Assembly: GCF_001194135.2 (NCBI RefSeq)
Contig: NC_069003.1
Span: forward strand, 8,530,240-8,594,239
Reading direction: 5' to 3'
Length of the DNA stretch: 64,000 bases
From: Octopus bimaculoides
Lineage: Eukaryota
The position numbers and the translations under genes are program-made. The first letter of the stretch is position 1. Each line of letters opens with the position of its first letter. This document shows positions 12,387 through 25,879 of this stretch, one piece after another. A model generated the notes under the pieces. The model did not search any database, had not been told where the DNA came from, and was given only the letters and a program-made list of their open reading frames with translations.

Positions 12387-13654
12387 CTTTATATATGTGC
12401 AAAATTGTATATATATGTAAATAGAAAGAGAGTGAGAAATAGGAGAGTGAGAGGGAAATTCATACAGATATAAGCCTGTGGTCATGTCAGCGTGTATATG
12501 TCATATATATGTATATATATTTGTAGGTGTCTTGTGTGTGTGTGCATTTGTATGATGTATACAAATCCATATAAAAATATGTAGGGTCCAAGCAAGAATG
12601 CATACTTCAAAGCGTAAACCTACACCTATACATATACAAACTATATATATAGAGATAGATACATATATACATACAAATATATATATATATATATATATAT
12701 ATCACAATACATCTTTTCCTTCTCTCACTCTTTTCCTACTGCTTTGTATTTTTATCTCCCTTTGTCTTCCGCCATCTTTCTCTCTCCCTTTCTGTTCATA
12801 TCTGTATCTCGCACTATTATAAATATCCTTCAAATATCATTCAAATAACCTACTGATTCAGCTGCCATCACCTTTGTTCATGTGTTTAATCTACTATTAC
12901 ATTATGTTCTCGGCTTCTTTTTTCATATGCATTCATATATATATATATATATTCACACACACATATATATATATATATATANNNNNNNNNNNNNNNNNNN
13001 NNNNNNNNNNNNNNNNNNNNNNNNNNNNNNNNNNNNNNNNNNNNNNNNNNNNNNNNNNNNNNNNNNNNNNNNNNNNNNNNNNNNNNNNNNNNNNNNNNNN
13101 NNNNNNNNNNNNNNNNNNNNNNNNNNNNNNNNNNNNNNNNNNNNNNNNNNNNNNNNNNNNNNNNNNNNNNNNNNNNNNNNNNNNNNNNNNNNNNNNNNNN
13201 NNNNNNNNNNNNNNNNNNNNNNNNNNNNNNNNNNNNNNNNNNNNNNNNNNNNNNNNNNNNNNNNNNNNNNNNNNNNNNNNNNNNNNNNNNNNNNNNNNNN
13301 NNNNNNNNNNNNNNNNNNNNNNNNNNNNNNNNNNNNNNNNNNNNNNNNNNNNNNNNNNNNNNNNNNNNNNNNNNNNNNNNNNNNNNNNNNNNNNNNNNNN
13401 NNNNNNNNNNNNNNNNNNNNNNNNNNNNNNNNNNNNNNNNNNNNNNNNNNNNNNNNNNNNNNNNNNNNNNNNNNNNNNNNNNNNNNNNNNNNNNNNNNNN
13501 NNNNNNNNNNNNNNNNNNNNNNNNNNNNNNNNNNNNNNNNNNNNNNNNNNNNNNNNNNNNNNNNNNNNNNNNNNNNNNNNNNNNNNNNNNNNNNNNNNNN
13601 NNNNNNNNNNNNNNNNNNNNNNNNNNNNNNNNNNNNNNNNNNNNNNNNNNNNNN

Positions 13655-13713
<59 letters not shown>

Positions 13714-13769
13714 TTTTAACACACAAGCTCTTCCAGATTAATTGATGTATAAGTATTAACATAGTTCTG

Positions 13770-13960
13770 TATATACGCCTACTATAGGTGCTATGTTTCC
13801 TTGGGTCACCTCTTATCCTGGAGACCTATGTTCAAAGATCGATATCCTAGCCAAGACCATCTATTTTATTCAGACATGATATGATTTCCATATTATATTT
13901 TCCCTTTAAGACTGTATTACCTCCCTTTGAGATTCCGGGTATGTAATTATTATTTTTAAG
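13770..13960 (-). mobile_element. Possible CR1/L2-like LINE C-terminal relic
   Basis: Minus frame MEIISCLNKIDGLG*DIDL*T*VSRIRGDPRK loosely resembles the CR1 'EVFKI..G..DID....TRGH..K' region. Confidence 0.3.
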
Positions 13961-14099
13961 ATATGTGTTGTTCGTATCTTTCCTAATGTTATTAACAAGT
14001 CCAAGTAATGGACTATATTCATACCTAGAAAGAAATAATGGATTTAAAACCATTTTGTTGTTGCTCACTAGCGACAATCAGCGTGATCTATAGCCGCAT

Positions 14100-14658
14100 T
14101 AACTGCGAGTCTGCAGTCTTAAAAAGACATAGAGGTGCTGTTCAAGTCGGGGACTCGTGCACAACTGTGGTCAAACTTCCAGGTTTTCAGATCCCTGATT
14201 CACCCTGTCTTACACGTTAGTTGTGAGATTTGAACATTCTTCCGGAGCACTTTGGAGTCTCCTCACTTCCTCCAGCGTAAGGACGCTTCGCAAGGTAACG
14301 GGATCATGCCTTACAATTGGTCAGATTTTGTATCCAACCAACAACTATGTTTAGAAACTGAGATAGGTCCTGTTTCTTGTATGGTTCAGGAGCGTCAGCT
14401 CAGATTGTCTGATCATATTGCTCGATTTTCTGAGAAGGTACCATGTTCTGTTCTCTGGGAATCCAGCTGGAGTGACGGCTTGAATTGGGCCTGCCACATG
14501 TCACAAGGTCACAAAAGATGAGGAAGTATCTCTCAGAGATGGATGCAGACTGACTGAGATACTGTTCAGAGGATTGTCCAGGACGACCAAAGCAAATATC
14601 AACAGATAGTGGATGCAGCGACGCACTACAACGGTGCATGGTCCTGTACTTGATCTGA
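14100..14658 (+). mobile_element. RTE-clade LINE, 5'-truncated 3' end (pseudogenised)
   Basis: VFRSLIHPVLHVSCEI* ... YNWSDFVSNQQLCLETE...VQERQLRLSDHIARF ... VDAATHYNGA matches the RTE post-RT region; ends 'cttgatctga'. Confidence 0.85.
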
Positions 14659-14898
14659 TAGTCATGTGATCCTGCGGTCCACGAATCAGAATATTAATTT
14701 TAAACATGGACGCAAGGAAACAATATTTTGTTAGACAGGGAGCACAATCAATTCCCTTCTCTCCAGTGTTTATTTCTCTAACACTTAGTAAGTTTATACA
14801 AATCAAAACTGATATTCCCTGTAGCTTACTGCTCCCATATGTGGCACTGTACTATAATCTAACGAACGCTGGTTGTCAAGAGGTTCTGGAGTTCACTC

Positions 14899-15030
<132 letters not shown>

Positions 15031-16068
15031 AATGGGCTCCCACAGCTTGTATCTACCAATTTCACTCACCAGGCATTAATCGGCCCTAGGCTTATAGTAG
15101 AATATATATTCCCTCACAGTGGAATTGAACACGAAACCACTTCACTGTGAAGCGAGCCTCCAAATCACATAACCATGTTTGCGTCTTCCTTTTCGAAAGA
15201 GTGTTTGTGATGTTACTGTCTAAGCAGAATTAACAATCAAAGTGAATGAAATGATTTCAGCCTGGGTCATGTCACTTGTGACGTCTCTCATGATTGTTAC
15301 TGGTAACATGGAATCCAGTACAACCTGTTGCATGGTCGGGTATCATCGTCGACTAAACCGGCACACTCACACGGCTTGCTTGATAAGGGTGGAGCTTGCT
15401 TGAAACCCAGCATGGCTAAAAATCAGACCTGTGAAGAGGACGGTGTAAGTTTAACGACTAATTAGCAATATCATAGGTCTGAAGAAATTAGTGTCCGGCC
15501 TGTTGGAAGACCACTGGGAGAGAGGCACTCCTTAGCTTTTCTGCAAGCACGTCTCTAAAACCTGCTTCAAATCCATTTTACGTGTGCTCCGATAATCGGC
15601 AGTGATTTGCTCAGGGAATCATCTGCGACGGTGAATAAACGACGGCAAGATGAGCTGCAACAGATCACATTATCCCGAAACGTGTATGCGTGTGACCGGA
15701 GGCCTCATGTGAACTTATATTCCCACTGAAACACCTAACATGAACTTCAGGGCCGACTCAACACACGCTACGTGAGTGCTACTGCATGTACAAATACAAA
15801 TGGTTTCAACCGGGGTTAAAATTCTACTTAAAGAGTAATATTGGAATCTGTTATTCGCATAAAGGCCAAAGAGTTATGTATTAGGGATGTGAGTGGATCA
15901 AATCTAGCTGGTAATTATTTTATTATATAAACTGTTAAATAGATCTCGATTCGTGATAGACACTTTGTTTAATTTCCCTGCTGAGATTGTCTCTGTCTGT
16001 GTTAGGTCATAATTTTAAATGCCATATACATATAAACACGTGTGTTTTTGTGTATATGTGTGTCTCTG

Positions 16069-16106
<38 letters not shown>

Positions 16107-16494
16107 NNNNNNNNNNNNNNNNNNNNNNNNNNNNNNNNNNNNNNNNNNNNNNNNNNNNNNNNNNNNNNNNNNNNNNNNNNNNNNNNNNNNNNNNNNNNNN
16201 NNNNNNNNNNNNNNNNNNNNNNNNNNNNNNNNNNNNNNNNNNNNNNNNNNNNNNNNNNNNNNNNNNNNNNNNNNNNNNNNNNNNNNNNNNNNNNNNNNNN
16301 NNNNNNNNNNNNNNNNNNNNNNNNNNNNNNNNNNNNNNNNNNNNNNNNNNNNNNNNNNNNNNNNNNNNNNNNNNNNNNNNNNNNNNNNNNNNNNNNNNNN
16401 NNNNNNNNNNNNNNNNNNNNNNNNNNNNNNNNNNNNNNNNNNNNNNNNNNNNNNNNNTATATAGAGAGAGAGAGAGAGAGATAGAGAGAGAGAG

Positions 16495-16527
<33 letters not shown>

Positions 16528-17030
16528 CATACATACATACATACATGCATATATATCTGTGAGTGTGTGGGCAGTTCATGTCGCCATACGCTTAAACTGA
16601 CTAGAGGCAACTGAATCTGTACTTAAAGATATTAAAATAAAAATCTAATTAAAAATTGCTCCAGACATTAATTAATATTTTATACATCTAATTCTCAACT
16701 GTATTGAAGAAAAGAGAAATGTTATGCACGCTTATATCCGACATTTATTTTATCAGACTTTTTTTTTCTCTCTCCAGAACGTTCGTAATGATATGTGTAA
16801 AAAAAAAAGAAAAAGGCAAGCAAGAGAGTAATTAGTTTCATAGTAAATAACTGTAAATTGCTAACATTGTTGGGTGCTCACCGTTTAATTTAAGTTCCTA
16901 TGAAAATTCACTTAAGAAGTAGTACATTTGGTGGTGTTTATTTAAAACTATATACAAATCATTATGCTAACAGAGTGTTCGATATTTCAGCATTGCTGTC
17001 TCAATAAAAACCAATGCATGTTAACGTAGG

Positions 17031-17423
17031 TTGTTGGTACTCCATCGCTTACGACGTCGAGGGTTCCAGTTGATCCGATCAACGGAACAGCCTGCTCGTC
17101 AAATTAACGTGCAAGTGGCTGAGCACTCCACAGACACGTGTACCCTTAATGTAGTTCTCGGGGATATTCAGCGTGAAACAGAGTTTGACAAGGCTGACCC
17201 TTTGAATTACAAGCATCAACAGAAACAGGAAGTAAGAGTGAGAGTGAGAGAAAGTTTTTGGTGAAAGAGTACAGCAGAGTTCGCCATCATCCCCTGCCGG
17301 AGCCTCGTGGGGCTTTAGGTGTTTTCGCTCAATAAACACCCACAACACCCGGTCTGGGAATCGAAACCGCGATCCTATGACCTCGACTCCGCTGCCCTAA
17401 CCACTGGGCCATTGCACCTCCAC
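17031..17423 (-). mobile_element. SINE-C (tRNA-derived), full length
   Basis: Reverse-complement head 'ggaggtgcaatggcccagtggttagggcagcgg...ggtttcgattccc' (A and B boxes); tail shared with the 46379 and 54941 copies. Confidence 0.93.
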
Positions 17424-17880
17424 TAACGTACGTAGTAGACTTACAAACATATAAACTTTACCTATTTCTTCGTATACTGGAAAGCTGATGAACATCCTTA
17501 TTCGATTTTCGATACTTATTGGGGTCTCGTCAGTGATGTGTGCATCACTTGGCCAATCGCAGAGAAGCAAACTGTCGGTCCTTATCATTTATCTGTTATC
17601 TTTTATTTGGGCCACTCTTTAGAGAGCGGCTTTGTTGAGGCATAGCATTCAATAATTTTAGCCGAACGAATTGACCCTAGTACTTATTAATTTTTAAGCC
17701 TGATACTTTTTCCATTGGTATCTGTTGACGAAGCGGTCTATCACTGGGAGGTAAACATACCAGTACCGGCTATCAAACGATGGTTGGGGAAAACAAAGAC
17801 ACACGCACACGTATTTATATACATACATACTTACATATATACCTACATAGATACACACACAAACACACACGCATATATAC

Positions 17881-17947
<67 letters not shown>

Positions 17948-18029
17948 GGTTTCAAGGGCAACAGTTTTGAAAGGAGGGGCAAATCAATTACCTCAATCCA
18001 TGTATTTGACTGTTATTTTATTTTCTCTG

Positions 18030-19039
18030 AAACAAAATATAAAAAGCCGGAAAATACAAACAAGAAGTCATAGTACCTAACAACTATGAAGAAAAAGAAG
18101 AAACAACAAAAGCTGTAAAATAACTGAAATCTAAGCTAAAACTGGAACAGCAACGGATCATGATAAAACGATGGCAAGAAAAGCCCCTTCATGGCAAATA
18201 ACGGGTTAAGCTAAACGCAAAAGTAATAGACAGCAAAATCCCAACAATTGCTGAGAAACTCCGGACTCATAGCAGAGACTGAAAGATTTTTAATTGCTTT
18301 AATTGCAGCACAAGATCAAAGCCTTACCACCAGAAATCACCAAAAAACACGTAATGAAAAGTAACATAACAAGTAACTGCAAAATATGTGGCGATGGACA
18401 AGAAACAATAAATCATATTATCTCTGGCTTCCCAGTCCTGGCTAAGAAGGAATATATTCACAGAAATGACAGAATTGGGACCTATATACACTGGAAGCTA
18501 TGCCAACACTACGGAATAACAGAAAAATGATGGTATGGGCACACTCCCCAAAAGGTCACAGAAAATGAGAAAGTAACCATACTCTGGGATATGCCAATAC
18601 ACACAGATAGAGAAATTAAGGCCAATAGGCTGGATATAGTTGTCAGAGATTACCAAGAAAAATGCTTTCTAATTGATGTATGAATACCAACAGATGATAA
18701 AGTTTCTCTAAAAGAAATGGAGAAAATTTCAAAATACCAGGATCTGTAAGTAGAGGTAACTCGAATGTGGAGCCTAAAAAGAGAAACAATTCCGATCATA
18801 GTTAGTACATTGAGTATGATAAAAAAAAAAGCATTGAGACAAATGCATGACTAAAAAACTAGGACTTACAAGTAAATGTAACATACAGGAAATAGCACTA
18901 CTAGACATTGTACACATCCTACGTAAAACACTTTCAATACAGTAAAAATAAGAACACCACAACAAACCATAGCACATACCCAAGACACACAGAGCTGCGC
19001 TCAGTAGCGCAATGAAAGCACGTGATAAAAATTAGACTA

Positions 19040-19042
<3 letters not shown>
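18030..19042 (+). mobile_element. 5'-truncated R4/Dong-like RLE non-LTR retrotransposon ending in (AAT)n
   Basis: WQEKPLHG, AAQDQSL, CCHC-like CKICGDGQETINHIISG (last Cys lost), RNDRIGTYIHWKLC, ILWDMPIHTDREIKANRLDIV, LIDV*IP and KYQDL; stops and frameshifts; 3' UTR then (AAT)n from 19043. Confidence 0.9.
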
Positions 19043-19088
<46 letters not shown>

Positions 19089-19099
19089 TTTAAAAAAAA

Positions 19100-20331
19100 A
19101 GGATTGACGTAACTCTTCACGAAGGTAAATAGTCAAGACAAAGAGTGCGATTTTAGATGTTTTATTTTTTGAACAATATTTCGACAGAACGTCTGTCTTT
19201 CTCAAGTTCAAACCAAAAGGTGATTGAAAATTCAAAATTTCAGAAACCAAACGTAAACTATGAACGTGAGTAACCAGCGTCCATACGTTGATAGAATGAC
19301 ATCATCAGTTTTTGTCAGTTTTTTAATAAGCAGAAAGAAAGAAAGAAAAAGGAAGACGACAGAAAAAGAAAAGAAAAAGAGNNNNNNNNNNNNNNNNNNN
19401 NNNNNNNNNNNNNNNNNNNNNNNNNNNNNNNNNNNNNNNNNNNNNNNNNNNNNNNNNNNNNNNNNNNNNNNNNNNNNNNNNNNNNNNNNNNNNNNNNNNN
19501 NNNNNNNNNNNNNNNNNNNNNNNNNNNTGAAAGTGGGGTACATTCAGGATATTTTTTGAGAATGTGCACTTTCAAATCTTCTTCAAAATTGCAGCCGCTT
19601 GAAACGAAATGTTCAGCAAGTTCTGTTGAACTACTGTTCTTGTGCTTGACGTCGAATCTGTGCCCATTAAACCTTTTGTTTAATTGTTCCGTTGTACAAC
19701 CAACATAAATCAATTTATGTTTCGTGCATTCTGCACCGTACACTAAATAGGAATCTTTGCAGGTTCCCCTTCTGTATAAATCATAACATTTCTATTATGA
19801 TTTTTGATGGTATTTACTTCACTCATGTCGTTGCACAATGAACAGGGCTTACCGCTCTTGCGGCTGTTCTTTAAAGTACAGCGTGTTTTCTTGGAGTCAG
19901 ATATAGATGTCAATAATTCTTTTATGTTCTTATTCCGTCGAAAGGCTACAATGGGCGGCTGAGGAAATATCAGTTTGAAACTGAGATACTTTTTCGCCAC
20001 ATGTTGGTAACTTTCTTGCAACACTTTTGAAATGCCAGCGAAATGTCGGTGCCAGTTAATCACTAAAGGAATTCTGTAATCTTTTGTATTTTGTTTGCTA
20101 AGATTAGGCGTGTAGGTTTGACTATCTTTGCTAATCTTAGCTATTTCACTTGCTATTTCCTTTAAACGTGATTCACTGTAACCTCGTTTGACATAATGAC
20201 ATACAAAAGCATTTGCATGTTTCCAGTAGTCCCCTATGTCAGTGCAAATCCGTTTTATCCTCAAAAATTGGGATTTCGGATTTGACCGAATAAGATGATA
20301 AAACATCTAAAATCGCACTCTTCGTCTTGAC

Positions 20332-20333
<2 letters not shown>
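19100..20333 (-). mobile_element. Penelope-like element fragment (Neptune-like): RT thumb, Cys linker, GIY-YIG endonuclease; one frameshift near 19765
   Basis: SQFLRIKRIC...KRGYS (19743-20306); C..PCSLC linker; adding one G gives EGGTCKDSYLVYGAECTKHKLIYVGCTTEQLNKRFNGHR...LAEHF; 36-bp inverted repeat at 19130-19165 / 20298-20333. Confidence 0.92.
19171..19209 (-). ncRNA. Minimal type-I hammerhead-like motif with compensatory U3-A8 core, in the PLE 3' region
   Basis: Minus strand: gaac-UUGAGAA-A-gacag(acgtt)ctgtc-GAA-AUAU-U-gttc. Confidence 0.75.
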
Positions 20334-20383
<50 letters not shown>

Positions 20384-20605
20384 CCTTTCTACTATAGGCA
20401 TAAGGCCTGTAATTTCAGGGGAGGGTAGCGGTCGATTACATTGACGTCAGTCTTTCGCTGGTAAGTAATTCATCGACCCTGAAAGGATGAAAGGCAAAGT
20501 TGACCACGGCGGAATTTGAACTCAGGACGTGCGAAGTACCGCTAAGCATTTCGTCCTGCGTGCTAACAATTCTGCCATCTCACCACCTTCTTGCATCTAA
20601 TAATG
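20384..20605 (-). mobile_element. SINE-B with (AAT)n tail at 20333-20383
   Basis: Same modules as the 2.2-2.8 kb copies. Confidence 0.9.
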
Positions 20606-20837
20606 ACCGTCATTTAGTTTGCCGGACTACCGTTACCTTCATTGTACACATTGCTATATTGATTCAAACGACTCTATCCCGTCCACCTAATGATGTTTTT
20701 TTCAAGCTTGCTTCTAGTTGTTTACTCAAAACCAGTCCTTAATGAGCAGATCCATCATCAAAGGCCTTCCAATCATTGTAATCCACCCACCCTCGACCCT
20801 CTCATTTTCTTATATATTTTTCTCCTTGTCTCCGTAT

Positions 20838-20874
20838 TCTTTCTGTTGAAGAGCGTAGCTCGAAACGTCAAAGA
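20838..20874 (+). ncRNA. Minimal type-I hammerhead-like motif (A6U core) in a PLE-type 3' repeat (about 20610-20965)
   Basis: tcttt-CUGUUGA-A-gagc(gta)gctc-GAA-ACGU-C-aaaga; GUC triplet. Confidence 0.65.
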
Positions 20875-20963
20875 CTTTCCGTATTCCCGAGCGTCATACT
20901 AATACATCCTTTTGTTATTTACACCACCTGTCCTCGTCTGTTGTTGTTTTTTCGTATATTCTC

Positions 20964-21002
<39 letters not shown>

Positions 21003-21885
21003 TATATATACATGCATGTTTGTATCTGTCTGTGTATACGTGTGTGTGGGCGTATGTGACGTCTGTAAATGTAGACAAAGCTATATATTATAATTCCTCT
21101 TACTCAGTGATACTACTAAAACAACCATTGTTAGAAAACAATCTATTTATACTTCACAGTTATCTGCTGCTGCTTTTTTATAAGCTATAGTATCAATTCA
21201 TGAATGGCAAAGAAAACACGTCCTACGTATGTACTTTTCTTTGCTTACACCCGTTTCGGCAAGAGTAAATGAGCACACGTTACAACGTTACANNNNNNNN
21301 NNNNNNNNNNNNNNNNNNNNNNNNNNNNNNNNNNNNNNNNNNNNNNNNNNNNNNNNNNNNNNNNNNNNNNNNNNNNNNNNNNNNNNNNNNNNCTGGGAAT
21401 CGAAACCGCGATCCTCCGACCGCGAGTCTGCTGCCCTAACCAAATCTGAAAATTTGATTGCAAATTCAGGTTAAGAAAAAAGATAAACATTACAAGGAAG
21501 GCATCTTTCATTGTTTCGTTTACAGAACTATTTTGACATCCAGCATAACAAACATTTCAATAACCATATCTGGTGCTTAATATCCCCAAGCTGTTAACGT
21601 AGCTTTTGTTAAAAATAGCTAAGCGGCTTTTCTTGGTAAGCTACATATCGCGGTCCAACATTGTATCTGAGGACAAATTAATCGGTAATCTGGAGATATG
21701 TTAAGGAAACTTCATTTATGTATCGTTACTATGGTTTCCTTGATTGGATAAAAGAATTAACATGTGCTTGCTTCTACTGATAAGAACAATTACATAGGTG
21801 TAACAATGCAAAAGTACAGATCCTAGAGATGCAGGTTCAATTCTCGGTTTTAGCTATTTTCCTTGTTACTATAGAGTCTCTGTGA

Positions 21886-22452
21886 AGGTCCGTGATTTTG
21901 TGGTTAAGGTAATCGGCTCGCGATCGTAAAGTATTGAGTTCGATTCCCGGCAGCGCATTGCACTCTTGAGTAAGAGACTTTATTTCACATTGCTCCAGGC
22001 CACTCAGTTAGCAAAAATGAGTTGAACAGTAATTCAAAGAGCCACCCTTGTTACATTCAGTGTCACACACAATTACCCTGAGAACCACATTAGGGGTACG
22101 AGTGTCTTATTTCTTTATTGCCCACAAGGGACTAAACATAGAGGAGACAAACAAAGACAGAGAAAGGGATTAAGTCGATTATATCGACCCCAGTGCGTAA
22201 CTGGTACTTAATTTATCGACCCAGAAAGAATAAAAAGCAAAGTCAACCTCGGCGAAATTTGAACTCAGAACGTAACGGCAGACGAAATACTGATAAGCAT
22301 TTCACCCGGCACGCTAACGTTTCTGCCAGCTCGCCGCCTTCAGGGGTACGAGTGTCTGTGAAGTACCCAGCCACATGCATGTTAATTTCACGACCAAGCT
22401 GTTCCGTCGTTCGGATCAAGTGGAACGCTCATCGTAGAAACCGACGGAGTGT
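21886..22452 (+). mobile_element. SINE-D head with SINE-C-type tail, interrupted by a SINE-B insertion
   Basis: Head 'gagttcgattcccggcagc...cttgagtaagagactttatttcac'; tail resumes after the duplicated 16-mer. Confidence 0.85.
22108..22341 (-). mobile_element. SINE-B with an alternative tail, nested, 16-bp target-site duplication
   Basis: aggggtacgagtgtct at 22092-22107 and 22342-22357. Confidence 0.93.
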
Positions 22453-24046
22453 AAGTTTTGGTTTCTCTAAGAAAAGCACTGGGGTACCTATATCTTATTT
22501 TATTTTAGTGATTGAAGTCCATCAGGATAATCACGTATATGGCTGAAGGTCTGACTGTGCGGTTTTAAGAATTCGATTTGGAAATCCACGGTTTTTGATC
22601 GATCCGACGGTGCGGCACTTTACATAAATGTCTGTTGATGCAGCCTCAGGCTACAGCAACAGATTCTGAGTGGAATTCAGTAGACGGTAACTGTGCAAAA
22701 TCTTGTCCTATGATATGTACACACACACACACACACACACANNNNNNNNNNNNNNNNNNNNNNNNNNNNNNNNNNNNNNNNNNNNNNNNNNNNNNNNNNN
22801 NNNNNNNNNNNNNNNNNNNNNNNNNNNNNNNNNNNNNNNNNNNNNNNNNNNNNNNNNNNNNNNNNNNNNNNNNNNNNNNNNNNNNNNNNNNNNNNNNNNN
22901 NNNNNNNNNNNNNNNNNNNNNNNNNNNNNNNNNNNNNNNNNNNNNNNNNNNNNNTATATATATATATATATATATATATATGCAAATATGTATATATGCA
23001 TATGTATGCATGTCTGTATAAATGTATGTACGTGTGTATACACACTCACACACACACACATATATTTGTATGTATCTGTCTCTCTTTCTATCTATCCATT
23101 TACTTACAAACACATACACACGCATATACATTTATGTATATATACATATATATATTTATATACATGTACATAGACTCACAAAGGTATATATGTTTGAGTG
23201 TATGTGTGAGTTTGTGCGCATGCGTGTGGTCTTGTACGTATGTGTTTGCCTGCGTAATAATGTCGTGTATGTATGTTTTTTTCTTTTTTTTTTGAGAATT
23301 TATTTAAGATTTCTTTCTCCTTTGTAATATTCAATTCCGAACACAAAGAACAGGCGCGAAAAAGCACACCACAAAGTATCGTTTCCGATGTCTTTACAGT
23401 TATCCAATATCCTCAGCTCTTGATTGGAAGTTTCTGAAAGACTCTAAAGAAAAAAAAGAGATTTAACATTGCTTGTTTTCACTTTTTCGATATCAGTGAA
23501 TAACTTCACTGGAAAAAGACTTATATATTGCCAAGGGATTGTCATTCTCATCAAAGGTCGGCGATTATCGTACGCTGAAGAAGGGAAATAACCCTGAAAC
23601 TCGGGTCCGTACGTATCGCAGATCAAGATGGGAAGGATAACTTCCCTTGGCAAAAATAGACAGGACACAGATATGTGTCGATAAGCCAGCTGGAGGAGAT
23701 GTTCTCCTGGGGCTAAAAGCAACAGTAACATCCACCCTNNNNNNNNNNNNNNNNNNNNNNNNNNNNNNNNNNNNNNNNNNNNNNNNNNNNNNNNNNNNNN
23801 NNNNNNNNNNNNNNNNNNNNNNNNNNNNNNNNNNNNNNNNNNNNNNNNNNNNNNNNNNNNNNNNNNNNNNNNNNNNNNNNNNNNNNNNNNNNNNNNNNNN
23901 NNNNNNNNNNNNNNNNNNNNNNNNNNNNNNNNNNNNNNNNNNNNNNNNNNNNNNNNNNNNNNNNNNNNNNNNNNNNNNNNNNNNNNNNNNNNNNNNNNNN
24001 NNNNNNNNNNNNNNNNNNNNNNNNNNNNNNTATATATATATCGTGA

Positions 24047-24290
24047 CACTCCGTCGGTTACAACGACGAGGGTTCCAGTTGATCCGATCAACAGAAACAA
24101 GAAGGACAATTTGAAAGAAAGTTGTGGTGAAAGAGTACAGCAGGGTTCACCACCAACCTCTTCTGGAGCCTCGTGGGGCTTTATAGATGTTTTCGCTTAA
24201 CAAACACTCATAACGCTCGGTCTGGGAATCGAAACCGCCATCCTACGACCGCGAGTCAGCTGCCCTAACCACTGGGCCATTGCGCCTCAC
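24047..24290 (-). mobile_element. SINE-C with internal deletion
   Basis: Head and tail match the 17031 copy; the middle is missing. Confidence 0.88.
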
Positions 24291-24481
24291 ACATGTATGC
24301 ATATATATGTGCGTATATGCTTCCCAACCACATGGGACAGGGTTTAGTCCCATTGTGTGATGCCTTCGGCAAGGACTTCTACTCTAATCTCGCGATGTCC
24401 AAAGTCTTCTGAGTGGGTTTAGTAGACGGAAAATGAAAGAAGCCCGCCATATATGTATATGCATATGTATCTCTGTGTGTG

Positions 24482-24512
<31 letters not shown>

Positions 24513-24630
24513 TCATATATATTTATGTGTATATATATATATATATACATATGTATATATGTATATACACACATATATATGAATATACGTATATACATAT
24601 ACATATATGTGTGTGTTTGTGATTGTGTGC

Positions 24631-24716
<86 letters not shown>

Positions 24717-24892
24717 CTATATATATATATATATCACTGTCGCGGTACTGTGGTATTTTGTAATGCGTTACGTATCAGTGTCTATCTGCCTGGCAGAAGA
24801 CGAAGAAAAAAGAGTGACAAAGAAAACAGATATATTGGTAAGTAGATAATTAAATAGGTAGATATATAGATAGAGAAAGTGTGAAAGCGAGA

Positions 24893-24925
<33 letters not shown>

Positions 24926-25879
24926 GGGGAGAGAGAGAGGAAGGGAGGGACAGAAAAAGTGTGTGTGTGTGTGGGTAAAAGAGACAGAGAGAGGAGTTGA
25001 GATAAATATATTTGAAAGCGAAAGCGTTTGGTTTGTAGCGTGCTGAGATAAATTAATTTTACACGAGACTGGAATCGATATTCTATACCTCAATAGATAT
25101 CACAATTTATACCCAAATGGTTATTTTATGCCTCAATTGGTTCTCTATCGCATCAATACGAAAACAGGTTATTTCTTTGCGAACACATACAAATACACGA
25201 AGAAAAGGTGATTGCTTTAACACTTTTATTTTAAATATTTGATATAGCAATTTTCCCTACCTTCTTATATAAAATATTATATTATACACTAAATAGATAT
25301 AATGCTTTATACATACATGTGATAAATCAACCATTCTTTATAATAGTGGCATTGGAAATGATATCAAACAGATTATAGAAATACGTGGAATGTGCATTCA
25401 TAAATATAGAAGTTGCTCCAATATGAGATAAGGAGCTGTTTAGTTTCATATACGAACGTGATTAAATGGTTCGCATACATTTATGTTTTTACAAATCTAC
25501 GCACTTACTAAAAGTGATAAGAGCTACACATTTAATAGAGCTGTAATCAGTGGACTGTGTGAATCAAGGAAGTTTTATTTTGGAGACGGGAGGGAGGCCA
25601 TTATTGTCATTATTATCACTGCTATTATTATTATTATTATTATTTGATTCAGTACTTCATCAATACATTGTTGCAAATTTAACATCTATAGGCATCGTTC
25701 TCAGTTAACATTATGGACTATCAGGATAATCGTTAAAAAAAAAAAAAAGTGGCAGTATCATTGTTACCAACGCTAATATGTTGATACCAGGAGCCAAAAT
25801 GAGAAGGGCTATATATGTGGTTGCTCGACCTGCTAAAAATAGCAGTCAAATTGCCTGTTAATTCCCAGTTCGTCCAGCT

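Noticed and set aside
17340-17423. tRNA-like sequences (also at 49326, 55250 and 63540)
   Set aside because: A and B boxes are present, but they run into SINE bodies and lack a full cloverleaf acceptor stem; these are SINE heads, not tRNA genes.
20298-20306. ATG of the 187-aa ORF as a true start
   Set aside because: It lies within the inverted 36-bp segment; the PLE ORF is 5'-truncated.
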